Origin: Poseidonia sp.
GTDB taxonomy: Archaea; Thermoplasmatota; Poseidoniia; Poseidoniales; Poseidoniaceae
Reading direction: 5' to 3'
Assembly (NCBI GenBank): GCA_030827475.1
Contig: JAUREJ010000008.1
Coordinates: 95-64,094, forward strand
DNA: 64,000 bases
Position 1 is the stretch's first letter. Each line of letters opens with the position of its first letter. Shown here piece after piece: positions 18,337 through 27,227 of the stretch. The position numbers and the translations under genes are program-made. Below the pieces are notes generated by a model that worked only from the letters and a program-made list of their open reading frames with translations, was not told the DNA's origin and searched no databases.

Positions 18337-19184
18337 GGAAGAAAAGAGCGGAGCATGGCGGAATAATCGCTTTGTCCGTCCCACTCCTGCGCCCTTTCGT
18401 CGATGCGGGCCGCTTCAAGCGTCTGCTCAAATCCACCCCAATCTTCGATCAATTTCAGCCTGTAGGCCGCTTTTGGGGTGTACCCGGGAAGGAAATTTCG
18501 CCAAATGAAAGGAATGCGTCCCGGCGTGACTTGATTCACGATTCGAACGATGGAAGTGTTGCACGTCGTCAACAAGGAGTGGTACCACTCTGGTGATTGA
18601 GCGAGTTGATTCAGTTTTCCAATCAACCCCAGCAACAAAGCCTTGTCCTTCCCTGGCGGCGTGATGGCTCGAAACATGTAATCCTTGTTTTTCCGACCAT
18701 GAGTTCGCAGTCCTGTTACGTCGCGTTCAAAGCCCACGAGCAGGTAGAGTTCGTAAGCTCGCCACATGCCGTCCCAAGGGTGGTATCGCTCGCCTTTTTC
18801 TCGTCGTGTCTCGAACGAGAAGGAGAGGCTCGTGCCGTCCTCAAAATCAAACGTCAAATAGGTGTGCGCCAAACCTTTGAGGGCGTGAAAATGGTCGACG
18901 ACGAACCAGATATCCTTGAGTTCATCCAACTTGACCTTGACCTCAGGCGCCCAATTCTCGTCGCGGTCACGGGTGGTGCGCCAGGTGAAATCACGCACCA
19001 TGTGAAAGGTGATGTCGTTGCCGTCGACGGTAGCGGTGGTCAAGTGCTCGCAATCAGCAGCCCACTCAAGGTCAAGCGATGGCTGCAACGGACGGATTCG
19101 AGTTCGCCAAACATAGAGGAGCCGTAAGCCGATTACTCCCCCAAAAAAGGCCACTGCGAGGCCGATTATTTCCAGCGGCGTCAT
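18321..19184 (-). CDS. membrane-anchored DUF4105-like protein
   Basis: 287 aa from ATG 19184, which forms an ATGA overlap with the stop of the upstream gene. N-terminal TM LEIIGLAVAFFGGVIGLRLLYVW followed by RTRIR. The body resembles DUF4105 (..VVDHFHALKGLAHTYLTFDF...RAYELYLLVG..). Confidence 0.65.
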   Translation of the reverse strand: MTPLEIIGLAVAFFGGVIGLRLLYVWRTRIRPLQPSLDLEWAADCEHLTTATVDGNDITFHMVRDFTWRTTRDRDENWAPEVKVKLDELKDIWFVVDHFHALKGLAHTYLTFDFEDGTSLSFSFETRREKGERYHPWDGMWRAYELYLLVGFERDVTGLRTHGRKNKDYMFRAITPPGKDKALLLGLIGKLNQLAQSPEWYHSLLTTCNTSIVRIVNQVTPGRIPFIWRNFLPGYTPKAAYRLKLIEDWGGFEQTLEAARIDERAQEWDGQSDYSAMLRSFLPQSSK

Positions 19185-20485
19185 TGTTCCCACCCGTGCC
19201 AAATCTGCCAGTCCGCATCCCACCAATCCAGTTTTCCATCCGGGTGCTGGCGCCACATGACGCCCTGGTCGTCGGTGATGACAGGAAGGCCCATCGGGTC
19301 AGGACGGCCGTCCGCAAGCACCTGAGGAGCAGGACCGAGATGGGGTATATCGAGGGGTTCGACACGACGCTTCCCCGTGAAAGCAAGGAAGACGAAAACC
19401 GTGACGACGAGCGCCAGAAGGCCGATGGAGAGCCAACCCACGGATTCAGTAGGCGTGTTCTCACCAAGCGAGGTGGAGGGGGCGGTCGCCGTCTCGTCCT
19501 CACCTGCGTTTGGATTTGGAAGTCGAATCAGATTCACGCCCGCCGTTGAGGAGATCATCTTCTCGTTCATCACCTCGAGGCTGATAAGGTACGCCCCGGC
19601 CGGAAGTTCAGAGCAATCCAAAGACGAGGTGTTTGCGCCTTCGACCAGCTTTCCTTTGATTCGCCAGTTCTTGGTCCACATCGCCGAAGCTGACGCATCT
19701 TCGGTGACCATCTTCACCTTGCACGGCAAGTTCGTGGTGTTCTCATGGCCGAGCAAGGTTAACGTGAATTGAGGGGCAGGGCGGTTTGTGATGGTGAAGT
19801 TGAGGTTGGCTTCGGTCGTCTGACCCAATCCGTTCCGGTAAGTTTCACGCAATGCGTATGTGCCGGCTGGCCAAGATGAACAATCCAGCGTACCGTGGGC
19901 ATCCAGCACGCTGAAGGGCGCTCCTGAAAAGGTCCGAACGCCCGTCTCTCCGTACCTTGGCCCGGTCTCATCGGAGAAAACGCGTGTGACCTGACAGGCT
20001 TCTCCTGTCTGAATCGATGGCCCTGCCTCAAGATTGAGTTGGACCATCGGCACTTGAAGTGCTGGCGTCAAAACAAAGGTTGGAAGTGGGTTGGACGCGA
20101 TGAATTCCCCGTCATCGTCAAAGAAATCCAGCCGCAAACGGTGCTCGCCCTTGGACCAAGCATCGTAGACCAGAGAAAGGTTTGTTTGACCGGAAAAAGA
20201 AATTTCGGCCACCTCGAGCACCTCACGCTCCTTGTGAAGGCCCCGTAGTTTGACGATGAGGTCGTTCTGGGCTGAGGTTGAATTGAGCACAACCACCACC
20301 CGAACGGCATCGATATCACCGTCCTGGTCGGTGTCAATGGTGTCGTTGCGCAGCGCCAACACGGTCAATCCCTGCTCCGCAAGGCGTTCTTCGGTGGTCA
20401 GTTCAGCGGCAACCACCGTCAAGGGGCTCAGCAGGGTGAGCATGAACACCACGGCGGCGCCCCATGCCAGGGTCTTCTCACGCAT
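19181..20485 (-). CDS. type-I surface protein with Ig/PKD-like domains and Trp-rich WW-like cytoplasmic tail
   Basis: 434 aa from ATG 20485, with SD GGAGGTG at 20498-20492 and 6-nt spacing. The track start 20494 is GTG. Signal peptide MREKTLAWGAAVVFMLTLLSPLTVVAAE, TM WLSIGLLALVVTVFVFLAFTG then KRR, tail ...GVMWRQHPDGKLDWWDADWQIWHGWEQ. Overlaps the upstream gene by 8 nt. Confidence 0.75.
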   Translation of the reverse strand: MREKTLAWGAAVVFMLTLLSPLTVVAAELTTEERLAEQGLTVLALRNDTIDTDQDGDIDAVRVVVVLNSTSAQNDLIVKLRGLHKEREVLEVAEISFSGQTNLSLVYDAWSKGEHRLRLDFFDDDGEFIASNPLPTFVLTPALQVPMVQLNLEAGPSIQTGEACQVTRVFSDETGPRYGETGVRTFSGAPFSVLDAHGTLDCSSWPAGTYALRETYRNGLGQTTEANLNFTITNRPAPQFTLTLLGHENTTNLPCKVKMVTEDASASAMWTKNWRIKGKLVEGANTSSLDCSELPAGAYLISLEVMNEKMISSTAGVNLIRLPNPNAGEDETATAPSTSLGENTPTESVGWLSIGLLALVVTVFVFLAFTGKRRVEPLDIPHLGPAPQVLADGRPDPMGLPVITDDQGVMWRQHPDGKLDWWDADWQIWHGWEQ

Positions 20486-23000
20486 CGCCTTCACCTCCGG
20501 GTGGTGTCAAGAGCGGTAGAGGAGGCAACGCATCGATGGGAATCAATTGAGGTACGGGCTGAGAGATCTCTGGCGACATCATCAATTCAAGGTCTTTGGC
20601 CGCCACGATTTGCTCCAAATACGCCGCCCGTTGCCGTGCGCCTCGCACGAGAAGAGCGCCAAGTGCGCCGAGCAAGAAACCGGTGCCGATAACGGCGTAG
20701 GTGAGCCAGGACGCTGCCGGGTCCTCGCCCATGATGGCGATAGCGGCGGCGAACTCACCGTACTGATTTGACCAGCCGTCGCCGTTGTCGTCGGGACACC
20801 CTTGAACGTCCCGTTTTGAGGTGCCCGCTTCGTTGGGGCAATCGTCGCGGAACGCCCCGAGCGGTAAGTCACCAAAGCCGTCTTGGTCGGAATCCTTCCA
20901 CTGCAGGGCTTCGGTTGGAAACGCATCTGCACTTCCAAAGGGGTGGGCTGGCCAGGAGGGGGTGGGGTCGGACCAGCCGTCGCCGTCCGTATCTCGGCAT
21001 CCAAGCCGGTCGAGCAGGGATGTCCCTCGGGTCTCCGGGCAGGCATCTCCTTGGTGACCCGTTTGCCGGTCGCCGTAACCGTCACCGTCGGAATCCCGCC
21101 ATTGAGTCGGCTCGTGAATGAAGGCATCTCCGAGGTCGGACCAACCATCGCCGTCCGTGTCCTTGCAGCCCCATCGGTCGCCACCTGAGGACGGACCAAC
21201 AGAGGTTCCGGCGACCTCTGGACAAACGTCTGCGGTCGTACCTCTCGGGTTGTCGCCTCGACCGTCACCGTCAGCGTCGTGCCATTGTGTAGGGTCTTGA
21301 GGCCAAGCATCACCTGAACCGCCCGGACTTGCCAGCCACGCTGCGGTCGGGTCCGACCATCCATCGCCATCGCCATCAGGGCATCCCCACCGGTCAAAGG
21401 TCGAATTTCCAAAGGTGGTGCGACAACCGTCGGGACGGGAAGAGGCCCGCCAGGTTTGCCCGTCGAAGTATTCCGTGTTGTCGCCGAAGCCATCGTCATC
21501 CGTATCGTGCCATTGCGAGGCGTCCTCAGGGAAGGCATCGGCAAAACCAGCCGGATGCGATGCCCACAAGGCGGTCGGGTCGGAGTAACCGTCGCTGTCG
21601 ATGTCGCGGCATCCCAACCGGTCAAAACGGCTGATCCACCCTGAATCGACTTCTTCAGGCGTGGATTCGGGGCACACATCGCCTTCAAAACCCGTCAAAT
21701 TGTCCCCGTAACCGTCCCCATCGGAATCTCTGAATTGCGAGGGAACAAAGGGGAAATCATCGATTTGGGTCGCACCGTAGGTCTGGTTGTCCCCCCAGCC
21801 GTCCCGATCCGTATCACGCCACTGCGTCGGATTAAAGGGAAAGTCATCGATGCGTTGTGCTCCCTGGGTTTGGTTATCACCCCAGCCGTCGCGGTCGCTG
21901 TCCAGCCACTGTGTAGGTTCGAGTGGAAAAGCATCCGAGCCGTTGTCTTGGGTCCAGTTTTCATCGCCGTCGGAATACGCATCGCCGTCGGAGTCAGGAC
22001 AGCCGAAACGGTCAGCAAAGGAACCCCCTCGAACGAACGGACATGCGTCCGGTTCAGTAGCGTTGTCGACGAAAATGCCGATGTCCCAAAGGTACCTCGT
22101 GATGTTCAGCGAGGCATCAGCCCAATTGTCCCCGTAACCGTCCTCATCGGTGTCGTTCCATTGGGTCACGTCGCTGGCAAAGGCGTCAGCCTTGCCCACG
22201 GGGTGGGCGTACCATGGGATGAATCCGTTCAAGCCTCCGGGGTCTGGGTCGGAATATCCGTCACCGTCCGAATCGATGCACCCAAAGCGGTCGGCCAACG
22301 AATAGCCTCGGCTGTAGGTGCAATGGTCGCCTTGGAAGCCATCGATGTTATCGCCGTAGCCGTCGTTGTCGGAATCCAACCATTGGGTGGCTTCGTTGGC
22401 AAAGGCATCTGCACCGTTCTGCACCCCCCATCCGCTGTCAGGGTCCGACCAGCCGTCACCGTCGTTATCGGTGCAGCCTTTTCGGTCGTTTGTGGAGGTG
22501 CCCACGAGGTTGACGCAGTCGTCCTCGGTGTCGATGAACCCGTCTTCGTCGGTGTCGCGGTTGGTCTTGTCGATGCTTGGCGTGAGCGTGTAATCAAAAC
22601 CGTCGTTGCACCAAGAGTCCCCGCCTTCCACCTTGAGCAAAATTTCCCCAGCGGTTGCAAGAGTCGTTGAAAGAGATGCTGTCGGATTGGTATCGTCAAC
22701 GTTGGATGTGATGGAGCCCATGGTGAAGGTCCCGATCCATCCATCGCCCGGGCACCACCAAGCAGCGTTGTTCATGCTCCCGGAGAACGAAACACGAACG
22801 ATGTCGCCTTTCTTCCCCTGAATTTTCCAATAGTCGGTTTTGTCGGTGGGTGAACAACCGTCGGGGTCACAGACGTACCCGCTGGAGGAGACGCCGTCGG
22901 TCAGCCCGTTCGCACTGGTTGGAGAATTGTCAGCAGCCACCGTGGGGAGGTGACTGAAAAAAAGCGCCGCAAGGAAAGCCACCAAGACGGTGCGACGCAT
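20478..23000 (-). CDS. secreted PPC-domain + TSP3-like Ca-binding repeat protein with C-terminal TM anchor
   Basis: 840 aa. Signal MRRTVLVAFLAALFFSHLPTVAA. N-terminal PPC-like domain (DKTDYWKIQGKKGDIVRVSFSG...LKVEGG...YTLT). About 12 units of D.DGDG(W/Y)SDP...ADAFP.(D/E).TQW.D.D.DG.GDN. TM TYAVIGTGFLLGALGALLV. Confidence 0.8.
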   Translation of the reverse strand: MRRTVLVAFLAALFFSHLPTVAADNSPTSANGLTDGVSSSGYVCDPDGCSPTDKTDYWKIQGKKGDIVRVSFSGSMNNAAWWCPGDGWIGTFTMGSITSNVDDTNPTASLSTTLATAGEILLKVEGGDSWCNDGFDYTLTPSIDKTNRDTDEDGFIDTEDDCVNLVGTSTNDRKGCTDNDGDGWSDPDSGWGVQNGADAFANEATQWLDSDNDGYGDNIDGFQGDHCTYSRGYSLADRFGCIDSDGDGYSDPDPGGLNGFIPWYAHPVGKADAFASDVTQWNDTDEDGYGDNWADASLNITRYLWDIGIFVDNATEPDACPFVRGGSFADRFGCPDSDGDAYSDGDENWTQDNGSDAFPLEPTQWLDSDRDGWGDNQTQGAQRIDDFPFNPTQWRDTDRDGWGDNQTYGATQIDDFPFVPSQFRDSDGDGYGDNLTGFEGDVCPESTPEEVDSGWISRFDRLGCRDIDSDGYSDPTALWASHPAGFADAFPEDASQWHDTDDDGFGDNTEYFDGQTWRASSRPDGCRTTFGNSTFDRWGCPDGDGDGWSDPTAAWLASPGGSGDAWPQDPTQWHDADGDGRGDNPRGTTADVCPEVAGTSVGPSSGGDRWGCKDTDGDGWSDLGDAFIHEPTQWRDSDGDGYGDRQTGHQGDACPETRGTSLLDRLGCRDTDGDGWSDPTPSWPAHPFGSADAFPTEALQWKDSDQDGFGDLPLGAFRDDCPNEAGTSKRDVQGCPDDNGDGWSNQYGEFAAAIAIMGEDPAASWLTYAVIGTGFLLGALGALLVRGARQRAAYLEQIVAAKDLELMMSPEISQPVPQLIPIDALPPLPLLTPPGGEGDA

Positions 23001-23018
23001 GAGCGCTGATGGGTCAAA

Positions 23019-23032
23019 GGATTATCAAAACC
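23019..23032 (-). promoter_or_regulatory. TATA-like box GGTTTTGATAATCC for the 840-aa gene
   Basis: Minus-strand TTTTGATAA starts 30 nt upstream of the ATG at 23000. It separates this three-gene unit from the upstream photolyase unit. Confidence 0.5.
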
Positions 23033-23062
23033 TCCCCTGCGTTCATTTAAAACGTGGGGCGT

Positions 23063-24460
23063 TCACTTTTGGCGACCAAGGCACTGTCGAAGGCAGGTTT
23101 CGAGGTCGGGATGCTCAAAGGTGTAGCCGCTTTCCAACAACCGCTTCGGCAAAACCTTCTGGCCGTCCAACACCAAGGCTTGGGCCATTTCGCCCAACAT
23201 GATACGGAGGACGAAGCCTGGAGCGGGTGCAAAGGCTGGCCGGCGAAGCACACGCCCCAAAATTTTCGCATAGACTTTCTGCGTCACGGGCTCGGGCGCC
23301 GTGAGGTTGTAGACGCCTTCGCAAGCCGCCGACATCATCAGGTGGTGAATAGCGTAAATCTGGTCGGCAAGGGAAATCCAAGAGTAGAATTGTTTGCCTC
23401 CACCGGCAGGACCTCCAGCACCGAATTTTGCTGGCAGCAGGAGCTTTTGGAGCGCTCCACCCATCGGCGTGGTCACGAGGCCGGTCCGCAAGAAGACGGT
23501 CCGGATACCTGCGTCAATGGCCGGCTGGGCGCCGGCCTCCCATGCCGTGCAGGTTTGGGCGAGGAAATTGGTGCCGGGAGCTGAAGTTTCGTCGAGTTCT
23601 TCGGCGCCTCGGTCGCCGTAGAAACCAATGGCTGAGCCGCACAAGAAAGCGGCAGGGGGTCGCTCCAAGGAAGCCAAGATTCGGGCCAGGTGGTCCGTAG
23701 GGACGGTGCGGCTGGTCACGATGACGTCCTTTCGTTTGGCGTTCCACCGCCGGTCCCCAATGCCCGCTCCTGCGAGGTGAATCACGGTGTCAAATCCGTT
23801 CAAATCACCTTCGAGAATTTCGCCCGTTCGATCGTTCCAAACCACAACATCGTCGTTTTTTGCATCGTCCGGAAGAACGGTCGAGGGGCGAACCAATCGG
23901 GTAACTTCGTGGCCTGCTGCGGCCAAAAATGCACAGAGTTGAAGCCCAATGAGCCCGGTCGAACCGCTCACAAGGACCCTTTGCCGAGGCAGATGAGCAA
24001 AGCCTTTGATGCGCCGCAGGTCGCTTTGCACCCGGTCTGTTCGGTAGGCAAACATCTGATTCATACGCCCCTTAACCGTGAACGGTGCCGTCCAAAAGGT
24101 TAGCGGGTGAAAGGGGAGACGCCAGTGAACGGTGTCGCAAAGTTCACTGTTGGAGGCATCGATACCGACGAAGCGATGTTCGTGGTCCCACGCTCCAAAC
24201 GGTCCTTTCTCCATCACGTCGTTGAACACTTCACCGGCGACCACGCCGTGATGGCGAGCAACCCACATGGGGCGAAGCGGGCCGAGCCGGATTCGGAAAC
24301 GAGTGCGAGCGTCGTCAATCAACGCGCCGGCTTCGACCGGCTGGATTCCTTCCCATTCGGGCATGATTCGACGAAACGCCCCCGGGCTGTCGTACCAGGC
24401 CCACAAATCCTCAACAGAGACAGGAAATTGTGCGGTGTGTTGGTAAACAGGCATGATCAT
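23063..24460 (-). CDS. SRPBCC (START/cyclase-like) domain fused to YfcH/TIGR01777-type NAD-dependent epimerase family protein
   Basis: 465 aa. N-terminal ~150 aa are SRPBCC-like (FPVSVEDLWAWYDSPGAFRRIMPEW). Then Rossmann VLVSGSTGLIGLQL and a DUF1731-like C-terminus. Starts 3 nt after the photolyase stop. Confidence 0.8.
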   Translation of the reverse strand: MIMPVYQHTAQFPVSVEDLWAWYDSPGAFRRIMPEWEGIQPVEAGALIDDARTRFRIRLGPLRPMWVARHHGVVAGEVFNDVMEKGPFGAWDHEHRFVGIDASNSELCDTVHWRLPFHPLTFWTAPFTVKGRMNQMFAYRTDRVQSDLRRIKGFAHLPRQRVLVSGSTGLIGLQLCAFLAAAGHEVTRLVRPSTVLPDDAKNDDVVVWNDRTGEILEGDLNGFDTVIHLAGAGIGDRRWNAKRKDVIVTSRTVPTDHLARILASLERPPAAFLCGSAIGFYGDRGAEELDETSAPGTNFLAQTCTAWEAGAQPAIDAGIRTVFLRTGLVTTPMGGALQKLLLPAKFGAGGPAGGGKQFYSWISLADQIYAIHHLMMSAACEGVYNLTAPEPVTQKVYAKILGRVLRRPAFAPAPGFVLRIMLGEMAQALVLDGQKVLPKRLLESGYTFEHPDLETCLRQCLGRQK

Positions 24461-24463
24461 CCC

Positions 24464-26008
24464 TCACTGGTAGGTGGAGTAGAACCCGGGACCTGAACCG
24501 AGCAACGTGCTTTGACGAACATCGCCATTGTATTTATCAACATAGGCCTTGATTTTGTATTTCCGAGCGGTGGAGGCGCTGGTCATGCAGCGGATTTTTC
24601 CGTAGACCGCCCGTTCAGTCCAACCTCGGTCGAATTTGCCCAGCACCCAACCGATGCCCGTGTAGGAATTCGGGTCCCGTCCGTCCAGCGCCCATCGGTC
24701 GTTCAAAGCGATCATCCATTCCATCGCCAGTTGAGGAGAGGGAGACCATTCGAGGATTTTCTTGCCCCAAAGCATTCGCAAGTAATTGTGGATGATGCCT
24801 TCTTGGCGGAGTTGATTTTGTGCCGCATTCCAAAGTGGATCGTGCGTTTGGGCCCTTTCTAACTGCTCGAACGTGTAGAGGTAAGGCCGTTGATCGGTGG
24901 CGTGTTCTTCGAGTGTGGTCTTGGCCCACTGAGGCAGAGATTCGTACTCCGTGTGATCCTCGGTCATCGCGCAGTGGATGAAGCCGATGTCCCTCCAGGT
25001 GATGATCTGGTCGAGGAAGGCTTCGACCGATTCGGAAAGACCCCACCAGCCGTTCCGGCGGCCGTCGTTCGGTGGGTTCACCAAACTCACGTCCCATTGG
25101 TGGTGGGTGAAGAGGTCGTGAAGAATCGCATGGACGCTGATGTGGCCGAAATGCAACCAAGGCGATAAGCCGCTGGCGCCCCGTTCTTGGGGGTGGTTTC
25201 GCATCTCGTGGTAAGCGAGCAGTCGGCTGGAAAAGAACTCCTTCCAGCGGCGTCGCCCCTCAAGGTGACCGCCGCGCTTGCCGACAACGGGTTCAACGTC
25301 GTGGTCGATGCTCAGCGTGGAGAGGGCTTGCCGACCGACATCGCCACCCTCAGCAACACGCCAAAGGAACTCGTAAGGTGTCGGTGGCGTGTTGGTTGAG
25401 TTGAACACGGCCTCAACGACTCCTTCGTGAAGCGTGGGTAAATCGGCTGTGCTGCGCAAGGGCTTGGCCTCGGGAAACTCGTGCATGTGTTCTCGAATGG
25501 TTTTGTGAAGGTGGCGGCGGAGGGAGTAAGCCGTGGAGAAATCCCGCCCTTGAGCACGCATGGCCATGAATCCGTTGGAATCCACCACGTGGACTTCACA
25601 CGGTTTAACCTCGATGGCCGTGTTGAGAACATGTTTTGGGTAATACGTTGGGTAGTCGTCAATCACGCATGCTCGGGCTCGATGGAGCCAGCCCCGAAGC
25701 AGTCCGGCGGCTTCCTTGCGTTTGGTTTCCACGTATGGGACATAGGTCACGCCCGAGTCTGAAAAACTGTCGCGGTTGTCGATCATCCCCTGAAGAACGA
25801 AGGTGGAAATACGGTCGTTCGCCCACCGGTGCTGAAGAGCGAGGCATTCGATGACAACGAGCGGAAGGTTGTGGTCTCGTGCAAGATGAAGAGCGTGGTC
25901 AAGAGCGTGGTTCCAGTGTGGACGCCGGGCAGCGGTCATCCAGTAAACGACCACGTCGCCTTGTTGGTTTGGTTCTCCGTGGATCTGGAGACGAGTGGAG
26001 GGAATCAT
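24464..26008 (-). CDS. phr: deoxyribodipyrimidine photolyase, class II
   Basis: 514 aa from ATG 26008 (TGATG overlap with the Nudix stop). VVVYWMTAARRPHWNHALDHAL, ..SPWLHFGHIS.., ..HNYLRMLWGKKILEW.., ..YTGIGWV.. The upstream 48 codons of the track ORF lie inside the Nudix gene. Confidence 0.9.
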   Translation of the reverse strand: MIPSTRLQIHGEPNQQGDVVVYWMTAARRPHWNHALDHALHLARDHNLPLVVIECLALQHRWANDRISTFVLQGMIDNRDSFSDSGVTYVPYVETKRKEAAGLLRGWLHRARACVIDDYPTYYPKHVLNTAIEVKPCEVHVVDSNGFMAMRAQGRDFSTAYSLRRHLHKTIREHMHEFPEAKPLRSTADLPTLHEGVVEAVFNSTNTPPTPYEFLWRVAEGGDVGRQALSTLSIDHDVEPVVGKRGGHLEGRRRWKEFFSSRLLAYHEMRNHPQERGASGLSPWLHFGHISVHAILHDLFTHHQWDVSLVNPPNDGRRNGWWGLSESVEAFLDQIITWRDIGFIHCAMTEDHTEYESLPQWAKTTLEEHATDQRPYLYTFEQLERAQTHDPLWNAAQNQLRQEGIIHNYLRMLWGKKILEWSPSPQLAMEWMIALNDRWALDGRDPNSYTGIGWVLGKFDRGWTERAVYGKIRCMTSASTARKYKIKAYVDKYNGDVRQSTLLGSGPGFYSTYQ

Positions 26009-26502
26009 CACCGAATCACCCTTGTCCTTGAGACGCCGGAACGATAGACGGCGTAGGGCCCACTGCGAGGCGTGAGCCCCTTGTGGTGGAGGGTAACTGC
26101 TTGATGAGTGAGTCCGTCGATGGCGAGCTGATGCATGGTTTCTGAGACCCAATCAAGCGTCGTGAGTTCGGAAAGCGTGAACCACGATACCGATGAAATT
26201 TCGTTGCTTTCGGCGTTGACGCTGCCCTCGTGACCATCGACTTCGTAGCACAAGAAGACGGCGGGCCCGTTGGTCCGCAACGCTGTGCGAACACCAGCCA
26301 GCCCGATGACGGTGCCGTTCAGCCCCGTTTCTTCATAGAGTTCTCGTATGGCTGCAGTTTCTGGACTTTCATCCGCCTCAACGTGACCTTTGGGCAAACC
26401 CCACCGCCCTTGATGGCGACCTGTGGCCTCTTGGACCAGGAGAACCTTGCCGCCTCGGACCACACGAGCAGCCACGCCAAGGTCGCAAAGCAGTCGGGAC
26501 AT
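26008..26502 (-). CDS. Nudix hydrolase
   Basis: 164 aa with Nudix box GRWGLPKGHVEADESPETAAIRELYEETGL. Confidence 0.85.
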   Translation of the reverse strand: MSRLLCDLGVAARVVRGGKVLLVQEATGRHQGRWGLPKGHVEADESPETAAIRELYEETGLNGTVIGLAGVRTALRTNGPAVFLCYEVDGHEGSVNAESNEISSVSWFTLSELTTLDWVSETMHQLAIDGLTHQAVTLHHKGLTPRSGPYAVYRSGVSRTRVIR

Positions 26503-26522
26503 CGTAGGCTATTTCTTCGACG

Positions 26523-26535
26523 CCATATATGAAAG
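26523..26535 (-). promoter_or_regulatory. TATA box (CTTTCATATATGG) for the Nudix-photolyase-SRPBCC unit
   Basis: Minus-strand TTTCATATAT starts 32 nt upstream of the ATG at 26502. Confidence 0.55.
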
Positions 26536-26568
26536 ACGGTTTCGGTCCACTAGAGGAAAAAGACGATG

Positions 26569-26577
26569 TTTTATATA
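26569..26577 (+). promoter_or_regulatory. TATA box (TTTTATATA) for the ribA-bcp-trmB-ubiB unit
   Basis: Starts 31 nt upstream of the ATG at 26600. No SD is visible, consistent with a leaderless mRNA. Confidence 0.6.
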
Positions 26578-26599
26578 CAAACCGAGAGGATTTTCTAAC

Positions 26600-27217
26600 A
26601 TGCTCGGGAGCCCACAACCTTCACCTTTACCCACACCACAACCGGAGGCCGAGGCCGTGCTCCCCACACAACTCGGCGAGTTTCGCATCCGTGCTTTCCG
26701 AGATCCCTCCTCTGGCAAAGAGCACTGCGTTCTCTTTGTTGGCGACCTCTCCCAAGGTACTCCACTGGTTCGCATCCACTCCGAGTGCCTGACCGGTGAC
26801 GCCTTCGGTTCGCAACGCTGCGACTGCGGGCCTCAACTCGAAGCCTCCATGAAGGCTGTACAGGAGGCAGGGCACGGGGCCATTGTTTACCTCAGGCAAG
26901 AAGGACGGGGCATCGGCCTCTACGCCAAAATGCAAGCCTACGCGCTCCAAGACGAAGGTTACGACACGCTGGACGCCAACCTCGCTCTCGGCCTGCCTGC
27001 CGATGCCCGCCGCTACGACTTCGCCGCCGAGATGTTGTATTCTATGGGCGTCACCGACCTTGAACTGGTGACCAACAACCCAGACAAACGCCAACAGCTC
27101 CTTGACAACGGCATCAACGTTGTCAACCGAGTCCCCATTATCGTGGGCCAATGCGCCCATAACCGTTCCTATCTCTCAACGAAAGCGTCCCGAATGGGCC
27201 ACATTCTCCCCTCCTGA
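26600..27217 (+). CDS. ribA: GTP cyclohydrolase II
   Basis: 205 aa from ATG 26600. VRIHSECLTGDAFGSQRCDCGPQL, YLRQEGRGIGL, TNNPDK. Confidence 0.9.
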   Translation: MLGSPQPSPLPTPQPEAEAVLPTQLGEFRIRAFRDPSSGKEHCVLFVGDLSQGTPLVRIHSECLTGDAFGSQRCDCGPQLEASMKAVQEAGHGAIVYLRQEGRGIGLYAKMQAYALQDEGYDTLDANLALGLPADARRYDFAAEMLYSMGVTDLELVTNNPDKRQQLLDNGINVVNRVPIIVGQCAHNRSYLSTKASRMGHILPS

Positions 27218-27227
27218 GGCCGACAAG

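Noticed and set aside
20582-22744. Alternative-frame ORFs within the 840-aa TSP3 gene (20582..21688 at 368 aa; 21735..22670 at 311 aa).
   Set aside because: Same reasoning as above. Only the 20478..23000 frame shows a signal peptide, periodic Ca-binding repeats and a TM anchor.
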